This document shows positions 27,679-36,897 of a stretch of DNA of 64,000 nt, in pieces. Source of the DNA: Hyphomicrobiales bacterium (GTDB taxonomy: Bacteria; Pseudomonadota; Alphaproteobacteria; Rhizobiales; Aestuariivirgaceae); NCBI GenBank assembly GCA_046349315.1, contig JAXMCQ010000005.1:161701-225700 (forward strand), written 5' to 3'. A program made the position numbers and the translations under genes. Each line of letters begins with the position of its first letter. Within the stretch, counting starts at the first letter, position 1. Below the pieces are notes generated by a model. That model saw nothing but the letters and a program-made list of their open reading frames with translations, was not told the origin of the DNA and did no database searches.

Positions 27679-28473
27679 ATGGGCCTCCAAACTGGACAGC
27701 TCTCCACGCGCCAATCGGACCTGCTGCGCGCGGTACGCGAACGCGGCACTGCCGCACTCGTCGATCTGGCGCGCGAATTCAACGTCTCGCAGGAAACGAT
27801 CAGGCGGGATGTGAAGCGACTGGCGGCTGAGGGCCAGGTGCTGAGGCGCCACGGCAATGTCGCCGTACCCTATAGCGTCGGCGAGGCGCCCTTCGAGCGG
27901 CGCTTGCGCGAGAATGCTGCCGCCAAACGGGCTATTGCGCGGCGCGCCGCCGAAATGGTCGAGGACGGCGACAGCATAATCCTCGACACCGGCACCACCA
28001 CCAGCATCTTCGCGCGCGAATTGCTCAAGCGCGTCAATCTCACCGTCATCACCAACTCATCCGATATCGCCCGCACGCTCGCCACCGTGAACGGCAATCG
28101 CGTCTACATGGCGGGCGGCGAACTCAACGGCGACAATGGCGCGGCCTTCGGTCCTTCGACCATCGATTTCGTCGCGCAGTTTCGCGCCAAGCACGCCATG
28201 GTGACGATCGCCGGACTGACTGCCGAATTGGGCCCGATGGATTCGCATCTCGCCGAAGCCGAATTCGCGCGCATGGTCCTTTCGCGGGGCGACAACCGCG
28301 TGATCCTCACCGATCAATCTAAGTTCGATCGCGTGGCACTCATCAAGATTTGCGGATTTGAGGACTTTAATCGATTGGTGACTGACGCGAGCCCGCCGCC
28401 CTCCCTCGCCGCGCGATTGACGCAGGCCGGTATCACCGTCGAGATCGCCGATCAGGGCTTGGGTCGAATATAG
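27679..28473 (+). CDS. DeoR family transcriptional regulator
   Basis: ORF 27511..28473 trimmed to the ATG at 27679 (alternative start at 27652). It has an N-terminal HTH (LVDLAREFNVSQETIRRDVKRL) and a DeoR C-terminal sensor-like domain. Confidence 0.85.
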   Translation: MGLQTGQLSTRQSDLLRAVRERGTAALVDLAREFNVSQETIRRDVKRLAAEGQVLRRHGNVAVPYSVGEAPFERRLRENAAAKRAIARRAAEMVEDGDSIILDTGTTTSIFARELLKRVNLTVITNSSDIARTLATVNGNRVYMAGGELNGDNGAAFGPSTIDFVAQFRAKHAMVTIAGLTAELGPMDSHLAEAEFARMVLSRGDNRVILTDQSKFDRVALIKICGFEDFNRLVTDASPPPSLAARLTQAGITVEIADQGLGRI

Positions 28474-28763
28474 AGCCCGTAGAGATAGGCAACGCCGATC
28501 GAGATGCCGATCACCACCAAGAAGAGCACCGCGACAATGATCGCGGCCTTCACGACCGATTTGCCCGGAACGCCAGGCTGTGCGAGCGGCAGAAGATTAT
28601 TGGCAAGCCCCGCCAACACCACGAGGCCGCAGCCGATGCCGAACAATGCCAGGCTGAACGGCTGAAAAATCAAGGCCAGAGCGATAACGCCAAGCCCGAT
28701 GATCGAGAATTCGACCGTCCGCGCCGTGCTGGGCTTCATACCCGATGCCGGAATCTCTTTCAT
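28452..28763 (-). CDS. Small integral membrane protein (3 predicted TM), unknown function
   Basis: 103 aa. Its ATG overlaps the stop of the upstream ABC ATPase (ATGA at 28760-28763). It has hydrophobic segments but no recognisable family. Confidence 0.55.
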   Translation of the reverse strand: MKEIPASGMKPSTARTVEFSIIGLGVIALALIFQPFSLALFGIGCGLVVLAGLANNLLPLAQPGVPGKSVVKAAIIVAVLFLVVIGISIGVAYLYGLYIRPKP

Positions 28764-29848
28764 GCCCGCACCGCCTGGCCGCTGCTGTCGAAAATATGGG
28801 TTTGTGTCGGATCGCAGGCGAGCCGCACCTTTTCGCCGATCTTGAAGCGCTTTTCGCGCGGCACGACCATGCGAAGGTCCTGCCCTTCCGCTCCGCGCGC
28901 GTGAATCAGCGTTTCGGCACCCATAGGCTCGACGAGTTCAACCGCCGCACCGAGCGTGTCCGGAAGATTGTCGGACACGGGAAGCAAAGCGCGTGGGCGA
29001 ATGCCGATCGTCAATTGGCCGGACTTGAGCCGCGACGCCGCACCGTCGACCTTGAGACCGATTTCGTCGGAGCCGACCGTGAACCGCGCTTTGCCGCCAT
29101 CGATCGATTTGACTGCCGCCGGGATCAGATTCATCTGCGGCGTGCCGATGAAGCTTGCGACGAAGAGATTGGCGGGCTTGGCGAAGACTTCATGCGGCGT
29201 GCCGATCTGCTCGATCAATCCGTCCTTCATGATGGCGATGCGATTGGCCATGGTCAGCGCTTCGAGCTGGTCGTGGGTGACGATGACGGTCGCCTTCGAC
29301 AGGCCGGTCAATACTTCCTTGATCTGCCCGCGCATGGTCTGGCGCAATTCGACGTCGAGACGCGACAACGGCTCATCGAAAAGGAAGCAGCTGGGATCAC
29401 GCACGATGGCACGCGCAACGGCCACACGCTGTTTCTCGCCCTCGGAAACCTGGCCGGGCATGCGGTCGAGCACCTCAGTCAGGTGTAAAATCTCCGCGAC
29501 TTTTCGAACCCGTGCGTCTCGCGCCGTCTTGTCGAGATTCTCGTAGTGAAGCGGCATAGCGATGTTCTGGCCGACGGTCAGCGCCGGATAGAGCGCGTAG
29601 AACTGGAACACCATGGCGATGTTGCGCTTTTCGGGCGCCAACTCGTTCATGCGCTTTCCGCCGATAACGATGTCGCCTGACGTCGCGCGCTCGAGACCGG
29701 CGATCATCCGCAACGTGGTGGTCTTGCCGCAGCCCGAGGGGCCCAAGAGGCAGACGACCTCGCCTGCCGTGACCGACAGATCGACATCCTTGACGGCGAC
29801 GAAATCACCGAAGCGCTTCGTGATTTTCCGGCATTCGATCGTCGACAT
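28760..29848 (-). CDS. Sugar ABC transporter ATP-binding protein (MalK/UgpC-like), copy 2
   Basis: 362 aa with Walker A GPSGCGKTT, signature LSEGEKQRVAVARA, and a C-terminal TOBE-like region. Confidence 0.9.
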   Translation of the reverse strand: MSTIECRKITKRFGDFVAVKDVDLSVTAGEVVCLLGPSGCGKTTTLRMIAGLERATSGDIVIGGKRMNELAPEKRNIAMVFQFYALYPALTVGQNIAMPLHYENLDKTARDARVRKVAEILHLTEVLDRMPGQVSEGEKQRVAVARAIVRDPSCFLFDEPLSRLDVELRQTMRGQIKEVLTGLSKATVIVTHDQLEALTMANRIAIMKDGLIEQIGTPHEVFAKPANLFVASFIGTPQMNLIPAAVKSIDGGKARFTVGSDEIGLKVDGAASRLKSGQLTIGIRPRALLPVSDNLPDTLGAAVELVEPMGAETLIHARGAEGQDLRMVVPREKRFKIGEKVRLACDPTQTHIFDSSGQAVRA

Positions 29849-30792
29849 CAGCGCTTCACCGTACCGAAGGTCACGCCGCGCAGCAGGTGATTCTGCAGGA
29901 AGAAGGTCACCAGGAAGACCGGAATGAGGAAGAGCGTCTCGATGGCGGCGAGCAACGTCCAGTCAGTTCCACGCCCGCCCGAAGAAACGGCCTGGTTCAT
30001 GGCCACCGGCACGGTGCGGGTATCGGCGCTGGAGAGCAGCAGCGCGAAGAGGAACTCGTTCCAGGTGAGGATGAGGCCGAAGACGAACGTCGCGGCGAGG
30101 CCGGCCACTACCTGTGGCAGGCAGATCTTGAAGAATACCCTTATGCCGGAAGAACCATCGAGCCGTGCCGCATCCTCAACATCGGGCGACAATTCATCGA
30201 AGAAGCTCTTCATCATCCAGATGGTGAAGGCGAGATTGAAGGCCGTATAGAGCATGATGATGCCGGGATACTTGCCCGACAGGCCCACCACGCGGAACAT
30301 CAAGATCACCGGAATGATGACGACAATGGCGGGCAGCATGCGCGTCGTCAGGATGATGAAGAGATAGGTGTCGTTACCCTTGAGCGGATAACGCGAGAAG
30401 CCGAAGGCGGCCACCGTGCCGATGACGAGGGCGAGCAAGACCGAGACCGTGGCGATGAAGATCGAATTGAAGAAATAGAGGTCGAAACCGGTGGACTCGG
30501 GCGCTCCGCCCACGGTCATGGAGCGCGAGAAAACCGAGCCGAAGTTTTCCAGCGTCGGGACGAAGACGAATTGCTCGGGAATAAGGCCGAATAGCGACGT
30601 CGGCGAGAGTGTCGGCGGCACTGACAGCGCCTGGTCCTGCGGCTTGATGGCCGTGAAAATGATCATCAGGACCGGCAGAAAGTAGATGAACGCGAAGATT
30701 GCGACGATGAGGGTGCGTCCCCAACCCGCTTCGCCGACGCCGCTCGCCTTGCGAAATCCGAGGAACTGCCCGATCGATGTCATGTCGGCCAT
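29848..30792 (-). CDS. Carbohydrate ABC transporter permease (MalG-like)
   Basis: 314 aa, multi-TM, with EAA-loop-like DVEDAARLDGSS. Confidence 0.88.
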   Translation of the reverse strand: MADMTSIGQFLGFRKASGVGEAGWGRTLIVAIFAFIYFLPVLMIIFTAIKPQDQALSVPPTLSPTSLFGLIPEQFVFVPTLENFGSVFSRSMTVGGAPESTGFDLYFFNSIFIATVSVLLALVIGTVAAFGFSRYPLKGNDTYLFIILTTRMLPAIVVIIPVILMFRVVGLSGKYPGIIMLYTAFNLAFTIWMMKSFFDELSPDVEDAARLDGSSGIRVFFKICLPQVVAGLAATFVFGLILTWNEFLFALLLSSADTRTVPVAMNQAVSSGGRGTDWTLLAAIETLFLIPVFLVTFFLQNHLLRGVTFGTVKR

Positions 30793-30795
30793 CGG

Positions 30796-31857
30796 TCAGA
30801 CTCCCTGTGAGCGGCGATTGGCGAGGTAGAGATACAAGTTGGTCAGCACGATCACGATGAACAGCATGATATAGGAAATGGCGGCACCTTCGCTGGTCTT
30901 GTTTTGCTCGTTGGCGATGCGGATAAGGTGATACGAGATCGTCATCGTGTCATTGGCGCCCTTTGTAAGCAGGATCACGAGGTCAGCGAGCTTGAAAGCC
31001 TCGATGGTGCGGAAGAGCAGTGCCAACAGCAGCAACGCGCGGATATAGGGGAAGGTGATCGTCCAGAACTGCCGCCATTTCGAAACCCGATCGACGGCCG
31101 CCGCCTCGTAAAGATACTTCGGCACCGAGACGAGGCCAGCGAGCACCAGCAGCATGACGAAGGGCGACCACATCCAAGCATCGGCAAAAACGATGCCGGC
31201 GACTGCGCCGACCTTGTTGCCCATCAGGATGAACTGGCCGCCGGTGAAGGAGTTCACGACATAAGAGAGAATGCCAAAAGTCGGATCGTAGTAATAGGTA
31301 AAGAAAACGCCCGACGCGACGACCGAAAGCATCATTGGCGTCAGAACCAGGATCATCAGGTATCTGCGCAATGGAAACTGCTTGGCGAAGAGCATGGCCA
31401 GGAGAAAGCCGACGATCATCTGCGCGGTGACGGTGAAGATCACGAACATCGCCGTGTTGACGAGCGCACTCCAATTGGCGGTGGCGGCGAGATCATTGGT
31501 CAGCGCCTTGGTGTAATTGGCCAACCCGACGAAGCGAATGTTCGGCAAGTTTGCCCGATAAGAGAAGAACGACAGACCCAGCGACCACAGCAGCGGAAAG
31601 ATGTTCATGACGAAGAGGACGGCGATGGCGGGCGCCACCAGGAGTCCTCCGAAATAGCGGCGCCGGAAGGCGTTGACCACGAAGGCTGCGGCCACCATCG
31701 CGGCCATCAGGCCGACCACCCAGAAGGAGGCCTCAACCGGCAGCGCGGCCACCGCGATCACTGAGACGACAACGCCCACGATAATGGCGAGGCGCCAGTT
31801 GTCCGGAGACAGATTGACGAGACCCGGAGGGTCGGCGGTCGCGGTCATCGAATTCAT
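30796..31857 (-). CDS. Carbohydrate ABC transporter permease (MalF-like)
   Basis: 353 aa, multi-TM, with EAA-loop-like YEAAAVDRVSKWRQF. Confidence 0.88.
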   Translation of the reverse strand: MNSMTATADPPGLVNLSPDNWRLAIIVGVVVSVIAVAALPVEASFWVVGLMAAMVAAAFVVNAFRRRYFGGLLVAPAIAVLFVMNIFPLLWSLGLSFFSYRANLPNIRFVGLANYTKALTNDLAATANWSALVNTAMFVIFTVTAQMIVGFLLAMLFAKQFPLRRYLMILVLTPMMLSVVASGVFFTYYYDPTFGILSYVVNSFTGGQFILMGNKVGAVAGIVFADAWMWSPFVMLLVLAGLVSVPKYLYEAAAVDRVSKWRQFWTITFPYIRALLLLALLFRTIEAFKLADLVILLTKGANDTMTISYHLIRIANEQNKTSEGAAISYIMLFIVIVLTNLYLYLANRRSQGV

Positions 31858-31929
31858 TGAAGCTGCATCTTGAGAGCGTCAGACGAAAAGGACGCGAGGA
31901 GACGTGCTCCCCGCGTCCCAGGTTCAGTG

Positions 31930-33369
31930 TTACTGGATCAGGCCAGCGTCCTTCAGGAGGTCTTCCTGATACTTGGCGACGTTGTCCATCGTCGTCTTGG
32001 CGTCCTGCTTGCCAGTGATGGCCAGGTCGAACTGGTCCTGCTGCTGGGTGAGCATGTCGAAGAACTGCGGGATATGCCACATGTCCTTCTGCCAATCGAG
32101 CGACGACGCCCAAGCACGGTTCCACGGACGATAGGTCACGTACTTGGGATCCTCGTACACGGCCTTGATGGCTGACTGGCCACCGCCGGCGGCGAACTGG
32201 TGCTGGATCTCAGGCGACAGCCACCACTTCACGAAATCCACCGCTTCCTTGATCTGCGCGTCGGTGGTCCAGGTGGTCAGAACGAACGGTTGTCCACCGA
32301 TCTGTGAAGTACGATTGATCTTGCCGTCAGCGCCGCGCACGCCTGGCGCCATACCAAACACCAGCTTGTCGGAGACCTTGGAGGTCTTCGGATCGAGCGA
32401 GGCTTCACCCAGGCCGATCCAGTCGATGTTCATGGCGACCTTGCCTTCACGGAAGAGCTGGTCGGACACGAAGATGTCCATGGTGCCGGTCTTGACCACC
32501 GGAGGCATGTACTTGAGCAGGCTGAGGAAGTGCTCCATGCCCTCAACCGACTTCTCGGAGTTTACGACGCCTTCGGCATGGCCGGTCGGTGCCTTGGTTT
32601 CATCCCAGATGCTGCCGCCGTGTTGCCAGATGAAGGAGTGGACCGAGCTGGTCGAAAAGTCGTAGCCCTTACCGGCCTGATAGGCGATTCCATAGAAATC
32701 GTCGTCAAGCGTCTGGCCGGCGAGCTTCTCGCCCTTCTTGCGCATGAAGAACTCGCCGATGTGCTCGAACGTGGTCCAATCCATGTTGTCGATTTCTTCG
32801 CCCGTGCAAGGCAGCTTCTCATTATACTTCGCCTGGAAGTTCTTCTGCTCCTCTTCGTTGCAGAGCACGTCCTTGCGGCCGTAGGTTACCAGCACGTCAG
32901 GGAACTGCGGGAAGCCGTAGTAGTTGGGCGTTGAGTTGGGATAGGTCGAATAGGCGTTCAAGATCGCCGGATGCATGCTGTCGAGGACAGCCTTGAATTC
33001 GGGATCGGCATCGAGAAGGTCGTTCACTTTGCGGTAGTAGCCGCCTTCAATGAAGGCGCCGAGCCACTGCGAGTCCGAGACGATGAAGTTGTACTTCTTC
33101 TCGCCCGACGTCAGCGAAGCGTTGACGCGGGTGTAGAAATCCGGCCACGGAATGAAGTCGACGTCGAGCTTCACAGTGTTGCCGGACTTCGGCTTGTACT
33201 GCTCGTCGAAGAACTTCTTCATGATGCGGGTCGGCGGCCAATCCGGCACCGCCATCGTCAGCGTAACCTCTTCGGCTTTCACCGGAGCAAGGCTTGCGCC
33301 CGCCACGGTCATTACGGCCGCCATGGCCGAAGCCGATGCGAGCCCTTTCAGCATTAACTTAACGGTCAT
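31930..33369 (-). CDS. Extracellular solute-binding protein (CUT1 sugar ABC family)
   Basis: 479 aa with signal peptide ...AAVMTVAGASLAPVKA and a GGGAGGA SD upstream. Confidence 0.85.
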   Translation of the reverse strand: MTVKLMLKGLASASAMAAVMTVAGASLAPVKAEEVTLTMAVPDWPPTRIMKKFFDEQYKPKSGNTVKLDVDFIPWPDFYTRVNASLTSGEKKYNFIVSDSQWLGAFIEGGYYRKVNDLLDADPEFKAVLDSMHPAILNAYSTYPNSTPNYYGFPQFPDVLVTYGRKDVLCNEEEQKNFQAKYNEKLPCTGEEIDNMDWTTFEHIGEFFMRKKGEKLAGQTLDDDFYGIAYQAGKGYDFSTSSVHSFIWQHGGSIWDETKAPTGHAEGVVNSEKSVEGMEHFLSLLKYMPPVVKTGTMDIFVSDQLFREGKVAMNIDWIGLGEASLDPKTSKVSDKLVFGMAPGVRGADGKINRTSQIGGQPFVLTTWTTDAQIKEAVDFVKWWLSPEIQHQFAAGGGQSAIKAVYEDPKYVTYRPWNRAWASSLDWQKDMWHIPQFFDMLTQQQDQFDLAITGKQDAKTTMDNVAKYQEDLLKDAGLIQ

Positions 33370-33424
33370 CCTAGGTATCCTCCCTTTTTCTAACCGTAGT
33401 GCTGCACTTCAGAACGGCTGCGGG

Positions 33425-34510
33425 TCAGCGTATCGCCTCACCCGTTGCCGCCTCGAAGACGTGGATTTTGGACGGATCGATCACGATCGGCGCTGAATCG
33501 CCAAGATTCATTCCGCTCGCCTGTTGTTCGGGCAGCACGATCCGCAAGGTCTGCCCATTGGCTTCCACTGATACGATGGTGACATCGCCCAATGGTTCGA
33601 TGAGATGAACCGTCGCCGCGAGCGCCCGATCCCCGTTCTTGGCCAGTCTGATGTCGTTCGGCCTGATCCCGAGAATGCGTTTGCTTGACGGGTTTGCCGT
33701 GGCGCGGCTGTCCGTCCCGACAATGCCCAATGGCGTGTCGAAGGACGCCGCCTCGCTCCGCTCAACCGCTTCGATGAGGTTCATGTGCGGGGAGCCGATC
33801 TTGGTCGCCACATAGAGATTGGCCGGCGAAAGGTAGAGTTCATCGGGTGTGCCGCGCTGCACAACCGCGCCGTCGCGCATGACCGCGATCTCCTCGCCCA
33901 TCGACAGGGCTTCGAGTTCATCGGGCGTTGCATAGACGATCGTGATGCCGAACTGCCGGTGCAGGCGCTTCAGCTCCGCACGCATGTCATTGCGCAGCTT
34001 CGCATCGAGGTTGGTGAGCGGTTCATCGAGTAACAGAATGCTGGGCCGGCGGATCAATGAACGGCCGAGCGCCACGCGCTGTTGCTCGCCGCCCGACAAA
34101 GTGTTGGGCTTGCGCTCGAGACGATGCGTGAGTTTCAGCGTCTCGGCAGTTTCCTTCACGCGCCTATCGATCTCGGCAGAGCTGACTTTTGCCTCGCGCA
34201 AGGGATAGGCGAAATTGTCGTAGACGGAGAGATGCGGGTAAAGCGCGAAGGACTGGAACACCATCGACACGCCGCGGCCTGCGATCGGCGCATCGGTGAC
34301 ATCGCGTCCGGAAATCGTCACGGTTCCGGCATCGGGACGCACGAGACCGGCAATGGTGCGCAGGGTCGTGGTCTTGCCGACCGAACTCGGACCGAACAAG
34401 GCAAAGAACTGACCCGGCTTGACGTCGAAGCTCAGTCCGTCAAGTGCGCGGACGCGGCCATAGGATTTGGAGACGCGGGAAAGGCTGAGCGGCGAACCGG
34501 TCTGGCTCAT
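33425..34510 (-). CDS. Sugar ABC transporter ATP-binding protein (MalK/UgpC-like), copy 1
   Basis: ORF 33425..34561 trimmed to the ATG at 34508-34510. It has Walker A GPSSVGKTT and signature LSGGEQQRVALGRS. Confidence 0.88.
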   Translation of the reverse strand: MSQTGSPLSLSRVSKSYGRVRALDGLSFDVKPGQFFALFGPSSVGKTTTLRTIAGLVRPDAGTVTISGRDVTDAPIAGRGVSMVFQSFALYPHLSVYDNFAYPLREAKVSSAEIDRRVKETAETLKLTHRLERKPNTLSGGEQQRVALGRSLIRRPSILLLDEPLTNLDAKLRNDMRAELKRLHRQFGITIVYATPDELEALSMGEEIAVMRDGAVVQRGTPDELYLSPANLYVATKIGSPHMNLIEAVERSEAASFDTPLGIVGTDSRATANPSSKRILGIRPNDIRLAKNGDRALAATVHLIEPLGDVTIVSVEANGQTLRIVLPEQQASGMNLGDSAPIVIDPSKIHVFEAATGEAIR

Positions 34511-34635
34511 GACAAGAGCCCTCGCGCAGCGCAGGTGCGCGGCGCAAATCCGCAGGCACACAGTTCCTTCTCACGCTTCGCAGCGCCGCCTTTCCGCACC
34601 GATCCTCCCATTACGCTTTCTACAATTCTTGATTC

Positions 34636-34648
34636 TTGGTCCTACCAA
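34636..34648. promoter_or_regulatory. TTGGT-N3-ACCAA palindrome (FadR/GntR-type operator candidate)
   Basis: ttggtcctaccaa lies in the AT-richer divergent intergenic region 34511-34816. It matches the generic GntR/FadR-subfamily core tGGT-N-ACCa. A GntR/FCD regulator is encoded at 36897-37598. Confidence 0.45.
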
Positions 34649-34816
34649 TACAATCATTCGATCTTATCGGCAAGCGACGAAAACTGTTCGCATCCAAGAG
34701 CCTGCACAATTTTTGCGCACCACTTGAGCCGCGAACGCGGCTGAGATATACAGGTTCCAACCAAGAACTGGTCTGGCCAGACGGCCAAGACTTTCGCTGA
34801 TAGGGAGGAACCAAAA

Positions 34817-35704
34817 ATGCACCTTTCGACCCACAATTGGATGCGCGCCGAACCGCTGGAAACGACGCTCGCCCGTATCAGCAAGCTTGGTTATGAGAGC
34901 ATCGAGATCAGCGGCGAGCCGACTCAATATGAAACCAAGGCAACGCGCAAGGCCCTGAAGGATTACAAAATCCGCTGCTGGGGCTCGGTGACGCTGACTT
35001 TGGCCGATCGCAACCTTGCCGCGAAGAATCCCAAGCAGCGCGCCGCCACCGTCGACTACATGAAGAGCGTAATCACCATGGTCTCGGAGCTCGAAGGCGA
35101 GATCATCACGCTGGTTCCGGCGACCGTCGGCAAGATTACGCCCGATTCTTCGCCCGAGCAGGAATGGCAGTGGCTGATCGAGGGCGTGAAGGAGTGCTAT
35201 GAGCACGGCAAGAAGAAGGGCGTGCGCATCGCCATCGAGCCGCTCAACCGTTTCGAGACCTATATTCTGAACCGCGCCGACCAGGCCTTGGCCCTGGCCG
35301 AAGCAGTCGGACCCGATTGCGGCGTCTGCCTCGATGCCTTCCACCTCAATATCGAAGACGAGGACATGTACGCCTCGATCCGCAAGGCCGGGAAGCGGCT
35401 CTACGACTTCCATGTTGCCGACAACAACCGCATGGCGCCCGGCCAAGGCGCGCTCGATTGGAAGAAGATCGTCAAGACGCTGAAAGATACAGGCTATGAC
35501 GGCGCCCTGACCGTCGAATTCGTGGCGCCCGTCGACCGCACGCCGGCGACCAAGTATCCCAATGCGGTTGAGAAGAACCCGGTCAACATCTCGCGCGAGC
35601 AGCTCAAATTTATCCAGGACCACGGCTCGAGCCTGTTGAGCGAGGAGTTCTACTCCATGCTGGTCAAGAAATCGGCTGAGACCATCCTGCCGCTGATTAA
35701 GTAA
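34817..35704 (+). CDS. Sugar phosphate isomerase/epimerase (xylose isomerase-like TIM barrel)
   Basis: 295 aa; ATG preceded by GGGAGGAA. The motifs IEPLNRFE and DAFHLNIED are typical of this family. Confidence 0.85.
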   Translation: MHLSTHNWMRAEPLETTLARISKLGYESIEISGEPTQYETKATRKALKDYKIRCWGSVTLTLADRNLAAKNPKQRAATVDYMKSVITMVSELEGEIITLVPATVGKITPDSSPEQEWQWLIEGVKECYEHGKKKGVRIAIEPLNRFETYILNRADQALALAEAVGPDCGVCLDAFHLNIEDEDMYASIRKAGKRLYDFHVADNNRMAPGQGALDWKKIVKTLKDTGYDGALTVEFVAPVDRTPATKYPNAVEKNPVNISREQLKFIQDHGSSLLSEEFYSMLVKKSAETILPLIK

Positions 35705-35727
35705 GCGCTGAAAAGGCGCAAATCATC

Positions 35728-36897
35728 ATGCGCATTACGCATGTCGAAGCGACGTGGGTGCGGATTCCGATCGAGGAAAAGCGCCAGCACAAGAGCGACT
35801 TCGGCCAGATCAAGACCTTCGATGCGGCACTCGTGCGCATCGAGACCGATGCCGGCATCATCGGCTGGGGCGAGGGCAAGAACGCCGCGGGAAGCTCCGG
35901 CGAATATGCCGGCATCATAGCGCTCATCAACAAGGAAATCGCGCCCCGCCTCATCGGGCGCGACCCACGCGACATCGGCACGATCTGGGAAAGCCTCTAT
36001 AGCGGCGTGCGCTATCACCATGTCGTGTCGCGCGGCCATGTCATGCCGGAGCTTTCGCGGCGCGGCCTGACCGTGGCGGCGATCAGCGGCATCGACATCG
36101 CGCTCTGGGATATTCTCGGCAAGTCGCTCGACGTGCCGGTCTGGCGTCTGCTCGGCGGCAAGAAGGCCGACAGGCTTCCGGCTTATGCCTCGGGCGGCTG
36201 GGCACCCGCCGATAAGATCGGCGAACAGCTCCAATCCTATGTCGATGCCGGCGGCTTCAGGGCCGTGAAAATGCGGGTCGGCGCCATGGACGGCGCGGCG
36301 CGTGTCTCGGCCGAGCGCGTCAAGGCGGCGCGCGCCGCCCTCGGACCCGATATCGACATCATGGTCGATGCGCACGGCACCTTCACGGTGGGCGAAGCCA
36401 AGCGCTTTGCGCATCTGGTGCGCGATTGCGATTTGGCCTGGTTCGAAGAGCCGGTCACGTGCGAAGACAAGGTAGGCATTGCCGAACTGCGCGCCGCGAC
36501 CAATATTCCGATCGCCTGCGGGGAGAGCGAATTCACCCGCTATGATTTCCGCGATCTCATCACGGCGCGCTGCTGCGACATTCTCCAGCCCGATCTCGCA
36601 ACCTGCGGCGGCATCAGCGAAGGCCGGCATATCGCTTCGCTCGCCTCGACCTTCAACCTGCGGCTCGCGCCGCATCTCTGGGCGGGTGCACCGGCCTTTT
36701 TCGCCGGCATGCATCTTTGCGCCGCAAGCCATGCGAGCTTCATCCTCGAATATTCGCTCGGCGCCAACCCGATGCTGCACGACATCATCGAGGAGAAGAT
36801 CCGCGTCGAGGACGGGATGATCGCCATTTCCGATAGGCCGGGACTCGGCTTCACGATCAAGGAAGACGTTCTCGCGAAGCACGCCGTGAGGGCCTGA
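35728..36897 (+). CDS. Enolase-superfamily enzyme (mandelate racemase / acid-sugar dehydratase-like)
   Basis: 389 aa. The metal-ligand contexts are MVDAHG, WFEEP and ACGESE. Confidence 0.88.
   Translation: MRITHVEATWVRIPIEEKRQHKSDFGQIKTFDAALVRIETDAGIIGWGEGKNAAGSSGEYAGIIALINKEIAPRLIGRDPRDIGTIWESLYSGVRYHHVVSRGHVMPELSRRGLTVAAISGIDIALWDILGKSLDVPVWRLLGGKKADRLPAYASGGWAPADKIGEQLQSYVDAGGFRAVKMRVGAMDGAARVSAERVKAARAALGPDIDIMVDAHGTFTVGEAKRFAHLVRDCDLAWFEEPVTCEDKVGIAELRAATNIPIACGESEFTRYDFRDLITARCCDILQPDLATCGGISEGRHIASLASTFNLRLAPHLWAGAPAFFAGMHLCAASHASFILEYSLGANPMLHDIIEEKIRVEDGMIAISDRPGLGFTIKEDVLAKHAVRA

Noticed and set aside
34664-36882. 319-aa and 410-aa minus-strand ORFs opposite the TIM-barrel and enolase-superfamily genes
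   Set aside because: They are antisense shadow ORFs; the plus-strand genes have good SD sequences and family motifs.
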